Source: an uncultured Bacteroides sp. (GTDB lineage: Bacteria; Bacteroidota; Bacteroidia; Bacteroidales; Bacteroidaceae). From it: DNA of 64,000 nt. The notes beneath the pieces were generated by a model. That model had not been told where the DNA came from. It saw nothing but the letters and a program-made list of their open reading frames with translations, and ran no database searches. The first letter of the stretch is position 1. Each line of letters starts with the position of its first letter. The stretch lies in assembly GCA_949300425.1 (NCBI GenBank), contig CASGED010000007.1, forward strand, positions 5,471 through 69,470, read 5' to 3'. This document shows positions 29,439 to 36,115 of the stretch, one piece after another. The position numbers and the translations under genes were made by a program.

Positions 29439-30053
29439 TTACAAAACTTGGGCAAAAGACTGAAACATACAAGCCCATGAAGTGGCGCCAGAATCAGCAT
29501 AACCAACTGAACGTTCACCATAATTACGCGCACGTCCGAAATTGGCCCGCATCTGTTTCGTAGCTTCCGCACCTTTCAAAGCTGCCTCTGCCGCGGCTTG
29601 GAACATCACTTTAATGTCATCACCTTCCACAGCCTGCATTGCCGCGATGGCCGGAATTAAAGCATCCATCATAGTTTTATCTCCCGGCTTTGCCTTTGTC
29701 TGCTTTTCCACACCGGCCAAACCACCCGCAAACATTTTTTTCACCGCAGCCGCATTCAATTCTGTCCCTTCCGCCTGATCGCTCATGCCTAAGAAAAGAC
29801 CTCCAAGCAATGTGCTGGTTGAGCCACTGATTTCCAACATGACATTAAAACCCATGTCGTTCAGCATTGACTTGAAATCCGTCCCCTTTTCGGCGCTTTG
29901 GACAATGACCGACATGGCCTGCGTTATAGCCGTGCCATGGTCGCCATCGCCTAAGACCGCATCCAACTGTGAAAATTCATCAGCACGCTCCGTAATGTTT
30001 TTCAAAGCATTACGGAGCATCCTCTTAAAATCGTCTATTGTTAATTTATCCAT
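29439..30053 (-). CDS. dhaL: Dihydroxyacetone kinase-like subunit L (DAK2)
   Basis: LDAVLGDGDHG, AKPGDKTMMDAL, GRARNYGERSVG, DSGA. Confidence 0.88.
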   Translation of the reverse strand: MDKLTIDDFKRMLRNALKNITERADEFSQLDAVLGDGDHGTAITQAMSVIVQSAEKGTDFKSMLNDMGFNVMLEISGSTSTLLGGLFLGMSDQAEGTELNAAAVKKMFAGGLAGVEKQTKAKPGDKTMMDALIPAIAAMQAVEGDDIKVMFQAAAEAALKGAEATKQMRANFGRARNYGERSVGYADSGATSWACMFQSFAQVL

Positions 30054-30055
30054 GA

Positions 30056-31063
30056 TTACCGCCCGATTGTAGTCCAATAAGGAGCGTTTGACATCTTATT
30101 ATTCAAATAATCCACATGGTCTTCATCCAACAAAGCCAATATCATCTGGAATCCGGCCTGTTCTTGAACCGTGAGCAGTTCACCTATACGGCTCGAAGCA
30201 ACCTCAATACCCGCATTCTCCAACACCTGATGAGCTTTCCGATATACGATATTCATCTCCATATGAGTGGTAGCTCCCACCCCATTAATAATCAGCAAAG
30301 CTTTGTCACCGGCCTTCGGCTGCAACTTTTTCATTAACAGGCCAATCATTTCAGAAGCCGTCTCATCGGCAGAAACCAGTTTCTTGCGTCCGCCACCGCC
30401 TTCGCCATGTTGTCCCATGCCAATCTCGATTTCGCCATCCGGCAATTCCGAAATCGTCATTCCGTTTTGAGGATGAACACAAGATTTCATTGCGACAGCC
30501 AATGTGGCCAGTCTTTGGTTAAAACGTTCTCCTATCTCAATTATTTCGTCCAGGCTTTTCCCTTCTTCCGCCGCCGCACCTACAATCTTAATCAGAGGAA
30601 CACACCCGGCCAATCCACGACGGTCATCATCCGGAGCGTCCAATCCCGCACTGATATCATCGTGCGTCAGAATAGTCTTCACTTTTACGCCCACACGACC
30701 GGCCAGCTGGCAGGCCATATTGGCACTCATTACATCTCCGGAATGATTCAGCACAATCAACAATATACCTGCGTCCCGCTTAAACATCTGCAAAGCCTGA
30801 AATACACGCTGAGCGCCCGGTGCCGCAAATATGTCGCCTACGACAGAACAATCCAACATGCCTTCGCCTACAAAGCCGCTCAACGCCGGCTCATGACCAG
30901 AACCGCCCAAGGTAATAACAGCCACTTTATCATCAGACTTGGCATGAGCACGGACAATGATATTTTCACCTCCTATGGCCACTTTATCGCTATAAGCCAT
31001 CGTGTATCCCTCCAGCAATTCCGCTGTAAGATTATTGGGGTCGTTTATAAATTTATTTATCAT
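30056..31063 (-). CDS. dhaK: Dihydroxyacetone kinase-like subunit K (DAK1)
   Basis: GGSGHEPA..GFVGEGMLD, GDIFAAP, RRGLAG, GMGQHGEGG. Confidence 0.88.
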   Translation of the reverse strand: MINKFINDPNNLTAELLEGYTMAYSDKVAIGGENIIVRAHAKSDDKVAVITLGGSGHEPALSGFVGEGMLDCSVVGDIFAAPGAQRVFQALQMFKRDAGILLIVLNHSGDVMSANMACQLAGRVGVKVKTILTHDDISAGLDAPDDDRRGLAGCVPLIKIVGAAAEEGKSLDEIIEIGERFNQRLATLAVAMKSCVHPQNGMTISELPDGEIEIGMGQHGEGGGGRKKLVSADETASEMIGLLMKKLQPKAGDKALLIINGVGATTHMEMNIVYRKAHQVLENAGIEVASSRIGELLTVQEQAGFQMILALLDEDHVDYLNNKMSNAPYWTTIGR

Positions 31064-31084
31064 AATTATAGTAGTTTTATAATG

Positions 31085-31402
31085 TTATTTACTAAATTGC
31101 ATCAATTCCAAAGCAATTCCTTCTTCTTCCACAAAAGCTATAGTAAGTTGCTCATTCACGACAGTTTTTGGCAAAAGCACCTTAGCGCCCTCCAACTCTT
31201 TGTCCAAATCATCTACCTCATAAGCGATATGCGCCAATTGTTGAATTAGTGCAGGCATCCAACTGTCCGCATCAAAACGTAAAAACTCAATCCGGTTCGG
31301 ACTTGTTGCATAGTCTGTCAAAAAGACTTTCATCCCTTCATTGTAAACCTCACCGGGAACCGGCGCCGTTACAGGAATTCCAATATGATTAATCTTTCTC
31401 AT
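31085..31402 (-). CDS. Small VOC/glyoxalase-fold protein
   Basis: INHIGIP, IEFL, HIAYEVDDLD, LELMQ (H/E/H/E metal ligand pattern). Confidence 0.7.
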   Translation of the reverse strand: MRKINHIGIPVTAPVPGEVYNEGMKVFLTDYATSPNRIEFLRFDADSWMPALIQQLAHIAYEVDDLDKELEGAKVLLPKTVVNEQLTIAFVEEEGIALELMQFSK

Positions 31403-31422
31403 GTTATTAAACAGGTTTAAAC

Positions 31423-31464
31423 GTTGATCGGAAGAAAGAGTTTAGGGCCTTCTATCCGACCAAC
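31423..31464. other. Imperfect intra-operon hairpin
   Basis: gttgatcggaagaa ... ttctatccgaccaac. Confidence 0.45.
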
Positions 31465-31486
31465 CGACATTCAAACAATATAAGTA

Positions 31487-32164
31487 TTAAAGAGCAGCCT
31501 TATCATTAGTGAAGCGCAAGCCGTCATTGTCATGATAACAGGCCCATTCCTCTACAATGGCACCTTCTGGTCCGGCCATCATAAAATGGAACGATTCCAA
31601 TTCCTTGAGGCGCAAGACATCCCCTACTTTTTGAATAACAAAATTCTTGCTTTTAATGGGGCCGTGAGTTGCGGGAATCTCCGGTGCATTGGGCGTTTCA
31701 TCTCCTATCACTGAAAAATTATAAACCCATCCATGGTTTACCATCCACGATTCATGCTTGGCGGGGAACTTGGTCTTCACATGAGCGTGCTCCGGAATCA
31801 TCTGTCCCGGCAACAAATAAATATTATGGGCGAAATACCCGTATTCGGGATCGTTAATCCAAAATATACCTCCCATACCTACATGCTCAAAATCGCCCAA
31901 ACCGAAATCCGTAAACCAAATGTCTTTCTCCATCAAAGGAGTAAAAGGCACTCCATAAAAATCAAACATGTCCAAGAAAGCCTTTTTAGCGGCTTCTTGG
32001 TCAAACTTACCATCTTTGTAGAAATCTGCGTTCGTGTACTTCTTTTCGTACGTAGTCTTTTCTTTCGTTGTCATAGTGCTTTCCTCTTTTTTAGTTGCTG
32101 ACGTACAGGAAACGATACCCATACAGCCAATTAAAACAATCATTAATGTTACTAATTTCTTCAT
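31487..32164 (-). CDS. Lipoprotein cupin of the D-lyxose/D-mannose isomerase family
   Basis: Lipobox IVSC; TDFGLGDF..G, LLPGQMIPEHAH, AKHES, HFMMAGPEGAIVEE. Confidence 0.75.
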   Translation of the reverse strand: MKKLVTLMIVLIGCMGIVSCTSATKKEESTMTTKEKTTYEKKYTNADFYKDGKFDQEAAKKAFLDMFDFYGVPFTPLMEKDIWFTDFGLGDFEHVGMGGIFWINDPEYGYFAHNIYLLPGQMIPEHAHVKTKFPAKHESWMVNHGWVYNFSVIGDETPNAPEIPATHGPIKSKNFVIQKVGDVLRLKELESFHFMMAGPEGAIVEEWACYHDNDGLRFTNDKAAL

Positions 32165-32183
32165 CTCACTTTCTATTTTAGGG

Positions 32184-33344
32184 TTAATAATATACACTTT
32201 TCTTTAATGAAGCGATTCCTTCAATCTCCACCAACAGTTCGCGCCGGCAAATGTCTGTAAACAAGTAAGAGACCTGCAAATCGGGGTAACGGCCCTCCAC
32301 GACTTCTTTTACCGCTTTCCAATCCTGACCGGGCTTTATATAGACGCGCAATCCGTTCAACTCCACATTCCCTGCCGGAACACCGGCACGTCCCAGGTTC
32401 TCCATAGACACCAAGTATTCAATATTCTCCAACGTAGCCAACGTCTGGCCGGCCACATCTATTCCCTCCAGGCTTTGTTCGCCACGAATAGCGGCAGTAC
32501 CCGATATGAACACCAAACCTTGACTCTCATTACGCACCACTTTAGCCCGCTCAAACTTTGGCGTTGTCCGGAGGCGGTTTAGTGTCTCGCCTAACAAGAC
32601 ATCCTGGGAATAGGCATGAGCCGCTATCTGCAAGGGATTGTCAACGCCTGCCACACACACCGTCCCGACTTCCGTTTTCAGGACATCCGCATCTACCACA
32701 ATCCCTCCACGCCATGCCCCGATGCCTGTCGCCGCCGGATAACCATTTTCCCATTCCGCCTGTTCATAGAACGCAGAACGTGCGTCATTAAAATCCTGAT
32801 AATGCTGATGCCCGTTGGCGTCATAGTCCGTAATTCCTTCGATGTAATTCCATTGACGGACTATATCGCCACCCGCCATTTGTTCATGATTCAGCACTTG
32901 ACCGACATGGGCAAAGATTGCGTCAGCCTGTTCTCGGAAACACTGAGAAAGAATGTCTCCCTGCATTCCGCCCAGGAAAAGCCATTTATAATTTTCACCC
33001 TTCGCCACGATGTATGAAACGCCCGCCCAGGTAAGATACTCCATTTCATCAGCCGACTCTGCCAATTCGTGCACTTCCATAATCAATCCACCCGCGCAAG
33101 GAGGCTGCGCCACATAACTCACCAAAGGCATCTCCTCTTTAAAACGAGCCTTGACCATCGTTCGGAGACAATCACATTGGGACAGATACTTCTCGTTGTC
33201 TTCCGGCATGCCGAAAAAGACAAGACGAATCGGAGCATTTTCCTTACGATACTGACCCAACAGGCCTGCAACCATCTCCGGAAAAGAAGCCTCTCCAACC
33301 TCATAAAAACGATGTTTCAACAGGGGAATATCTCTAACTTGCAT
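32184..33344 (-). CDS. FkbO/Hyg5-type chorismatase-like protein (Rid/YjgF-fold repeats)
   Basis: VRQWNYI, YQDFNDAR, YPAATGIG, DNPLQ.AAHAYS, PKFERAK, FISGTAAIRGE, DICRRELLVEIEG. Confidence 0.75.
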   Translation of the reverse strand: MQVRDIPLLKHRFYEVGEASFPEMVAGLLGQYRKENAPIRLVFFGMPEDNEKYLSQCDCLRTMVKARFKEEMPLVSYVAQPPCAGGLIMEVHELAESADEMEYLTWAGVSYIVAKGENYKWLFLGGMQGDILSQCFREQADAIFAHVGQVLNHEQMAGGDIVRQWNYIEGITDYDANGHQHYQDFNDARSAFYEQAEWENGYPAATGIGAWRGGIVVDADVLKTEVGTVCVAGVDNPLQIAAHAYSQDVLLGETLNRLRTTPKFERAKVVRNESQGLVFISGTAAIRGEQSLEGIDVAGQTLATLENIEYLVSMENLGRAGVPAGNVELNGLRVYIKPGQDWKAVKEVVEGRYPDLQVSYLFTDICRRELLVEIEGIASLKKSVYY

Positions 33345-33363
33345 ATTTACAATCTCTTTATAA

Positions 33364-35172
33364 TTAAAGTGAATTTACATACTCAGCCAATTCTTCAGCT
33401 TCTTTCTTCGAGATTTTCTTCTCGATTCCATGCTTGTACACCGTAAACACCTCTTCCATCGTAGCCGCCCGGCCATCGAATAAATAAGGAGCCGTACGCC
33501 ATACTTCGCGCAAGGTCGGGGTATCCCAACCGTTCTCAAACTCGATGTCCTCTCCTATCCGATACATCTTCAAGTCTGTATAATAAGGTCCCGAATGACA
33601 CTTGTCGCATTGGAATTTCTCAAAGACTTTCCTTCCTCGCTTGGCTTTCTCGGACAATTCGCCGTTCACCAAATAAGGGCTGGGAACCGGCTTCAACGAC
33701 ATCAGGTATTCGTCCACACAAGTGGCTTTTTCTTCCGGCAAGTCAATGAACTGAATATATTTATAACCCGTACGCACCGCCACGTAGGACGTAGGACGTA
33801 TGCCAGAAATCATAGCCGGAGGAGTGACGAGTGAGAACAGCAGACTTTTGCAATTCTTAGAATTACCGATGCCGTCGTTCATCAAGTCCCAGTTCATCCC
33901 ATCCATGCGCCCGTCGCCAGGATGACAACCGTTGCAGGATTGCCAATTCTGGAAGCAATAAGACGCGTCATTAAAATATTTCTCACCTTTATTGATGCGG
34001 CTTTCCACTCTGTTCTTTACCATTTCCACAAACTGCACGTCCAATGTATTCAAATCTACGACATTCAACGTATCTGAGAAATAAGTAGGTATCACAGCTG
34101 TATTCCCCTTCAACATGAATTCACGAGGTCCGTTACCAACCAGCGGGACACGCTTACGGAGACCATACAAAAAGCGTAAATCATAAGCTAAAGTACTCTT
34201 AGAGGAATAAGCCTCGAACTTCTTGACGAACTCCGGATAATTTATCACGCTGATGTCATGGGTGCCGGAATGCGAAACGACCACCTTGTCCGCCGTGCAC
34301 TTCACATCCCAAATACCGGCCGCGCCACGTTCCGGCTCATCCAACAAGACGGCGCCTTCGAACGACAAAGTGGCAACATTGACAACGCTCATCGCACTCG
34401 TATTCATCCATCCTTGCTGCAACTGGGAAGTCGGTACCTGGAAACGGCCCAAATTGTGAGTAACCAGCAGATAACGTCCGTCCGGAGAGAGACACATTCC
34501 CCTCAGAGCGTTACTGCCATTAGCAAGTTGTATGTCTTTTACCTTTTGAAAACTTTCCACGTCTATGACGGACACGCAAGCAGCAACCGTGTCTATATCC
34601 GCACGTTGCTGCGGCAGATAGTTGGCTACAAACAGCAACTTGCCGTCAGGAGAAAGTACAATGGACTTAGGTTCGCGCAAGACCTTTACCGTCCGCGTCT
34701 CGTTCTTGCGTTCTCTATCCACTTCCGACACCGTTCCCGCAAACTGGTTGCACACATACAATCGGCCCGATTGGGCATCAACCAACGGAGCACATGCTCC
34801 GGAAGCCGTGGGAATAAAATCCTGTACGGAAGGTTGCGACAGGGACAATAAGTAAACTCCGTTTTTCAGTTCGCCCGCCACGGTTGTTACGACTTGATCG
34901 CCATCGACCGCTACTCCCGTCGGCACCTCGTCCAACGCCCATTCTTGCAAACGCTCTTTATAATCCGGAGCATAAAGAGTCACCTTACGAATCCCTTTCT
35001 GGGAAACAATCATCCCGTCTTTGCAAGGAGCTATGTCAGTAATAAAAAGAGGTGTGCCCTCCGGTTGCTCCGAAGGCTGAGTTGCCGTAAATGCGCACCA
35101 CAGGCAAAACAACATCACCATCGGTACCGCCACCTTCATTTTTGTTCTTGTCCGAAAACTTTTATTTTTCAT
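33364..35172 (-). CDS. Exported YVTN beta-propeller + dihaem cytochrome c peroxidase/MauG-like fusion
   Basis: N-terminal signal; LYVCNQFAGTVS, LSPDGKLLFVAN; SCNGCH and CDKCH; TPTLREVWRTAPYLFDG. Confidence 0.85.
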   Translation of the reverse strand: MKNKSFRTRTKMKVAVPMVMLFCLWCAFTATQPSEQPEGTPLFITDIAPCKDGMIVSQKGIRKVTLYAPDYKERLQEWALDEVPTGVAVDGDQVVTTVAGELKNGVYLLSLSQPSVQDFIPTASGACAPLVDAQSGRLYVCNQFAGTVSEVDRERKNETRTVKVLREPKSIVLSPDGKLLFVANYLPQQRADIDTVAACVSVIDVESFQKVKDIQLANGSNALRGMCLSPDGRYLLVTHNLGRFQVPTSQLQQGWMNTSAMSVVNVATLSFEGAVLLDEPERGAAGIWDVKCTADKVVVSHSGTHDISVINYPEFVKKFEAYSSKSTLAYDLRFLYGLRKRVPLVGNGPREFMLKGNTAVIPTYFSDTLNVVDLNTLDVQFVEMVKNRVESRINKGEKYFNDASYCFQNWQSCNGCHPGDGRMDGMNWDLMNDGIGNSKNCKSLLFSLVTPPAMISGIRPTSYVAVRTGYKYIQFIDLPEEKATCVDEYLMSLKPVPSPYLVNGELSEKAKRGRKVFEKFQCDKCHSGPYYTDLKMYRIGEDIEFENGWDTPTLREVWRTAPYLFDGRAATMEEVFTVYKHGIEKKISKKEAEELAEYVNSL

Positions 35173-35226
35173 GGAATACTACTATTTATATATTTAAATT
35201 CTCAAACATTCGCATTTCAGCTAATG

Positions 35227-35385
35227 CAAAAATAGGTTCTATTGCTTTATCTCTATATCAAAAACGTCTTAAAAACTTGAGATATTGTCCTATCTCCATA
35301 TATTTCTCCCATGCTTCATATTCTCATCAACAGGATGCTTCAAATAACCTATTATAAAAAACGTCTCAAAAGCTTATAATATTGT
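35227..35385 (-). promoter_or_regulatory. Promoter of the heme/rare-sugar operon with duplicated 29-bp upstream site
   Basis: -7 TATTTTTG (35227-35234, minus strand); aaaaacgtcttaaaaacttgagatattgt (35260) and aaaaacgtctcaaaagcttataatattgt (35357), 24/29 identical. Confidence 0.6.
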
Positions 35386-35650
35386 ATCAAATCCTATTAG
35401 AAAGAGGTTGAAACTGAAGAATGGACGCTTGTGACACATCGTTCGCCTACATGTTTTTCAAATCTCCGACCTGCCTATAAAAATTCTGGTTCATCCGACA
35501 AATGCATAGGTACAGGTAGCGGAAAGTCTTCCCGCTTACGGGGAAAGCTTCTGATTACCATGTAAGCATTGAAGAATATTATTTTATCTATGCGACAACA
35601 AAGATTGCATACAGAAGAATACTATATCTTATTGTCTCCGTTTTAAAGCC

Positions 35651-35729
35651 TTCTAACTATAAGGGCTTATCTTTCTAACCAAAGAGGGGAATGTTAGAAA
35701 CATTCGACCCTTAGGTTTCTAACATTCCC
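35651..35729. repeat. ttctaac repeats on a 22-bp register with a perfect 15-bp inverted repeat
   Basis: ttctaac at 35651, 35673 and 35717; gggaatgttagaaac (35687-35701) / gtttctaacattccc (35715-35729). Confidence 0.7.
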
Positions 35730-36048
35730 GAACATCCACAGGAAGCACTTTTGGCGATGGGTATAGAGTCGGATTAATAAAAGGTCAATAATATTGATAA
35801 TACACCTTCATCCCTCTCCTCTTTTCGTAAGTAATAATCCAAGAGAAAGATAAATTGCGGGTATGGGAAGGAGGATTAATCCTTGTCTTTTTTACCTACG
35901 CATTCTCCGGATGAACAAAAATTCTTCGGCCCGCCAAATCGTTGGAGCTTCTCTTTCCCCAAACCGGAAAACTTTTGGAGGCCGCGATGCCACGGTGATT
36001 AGAAAATAGACAAAGAATGAATTAGATTTAATCATCCGGACTGTCCCC

Positions 36049-36097
36049 TTTAATGTTAATCGCCGTCCCTTTAAATGGGACGGCGATTAACATTAAA
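36049..36097. repeat. Perfect 21-bp inverted repeat just downstream of the CAZyme operon (probable terminator or mRNA-stabilising hairpin)
   Basis: tttaatgttaatcgccgtccc-tttaaat-gggacggcgattaacattaaa. Confidence 0.8.
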
Positions 36098-36115
36098 TGT
36101 AATTTCCAGTGTCAA

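Noticed and set aside
23590-35172. Anammox or true hydrazine synthesis capability
   Set aside because: The host is a Bacteroidales heterotroph, no hydrazine dehydrogenase/HAO multiheme genes are present, and the extra NPCBM and FGE-like domains point to a different function. Only the architecture is shared.
35400-36040. Possible pseudogene or small gene in the long inter-operon spacer
   Set aside because: No ORF of 60 aa or more in the track and no recognisable protein fragment by eye.
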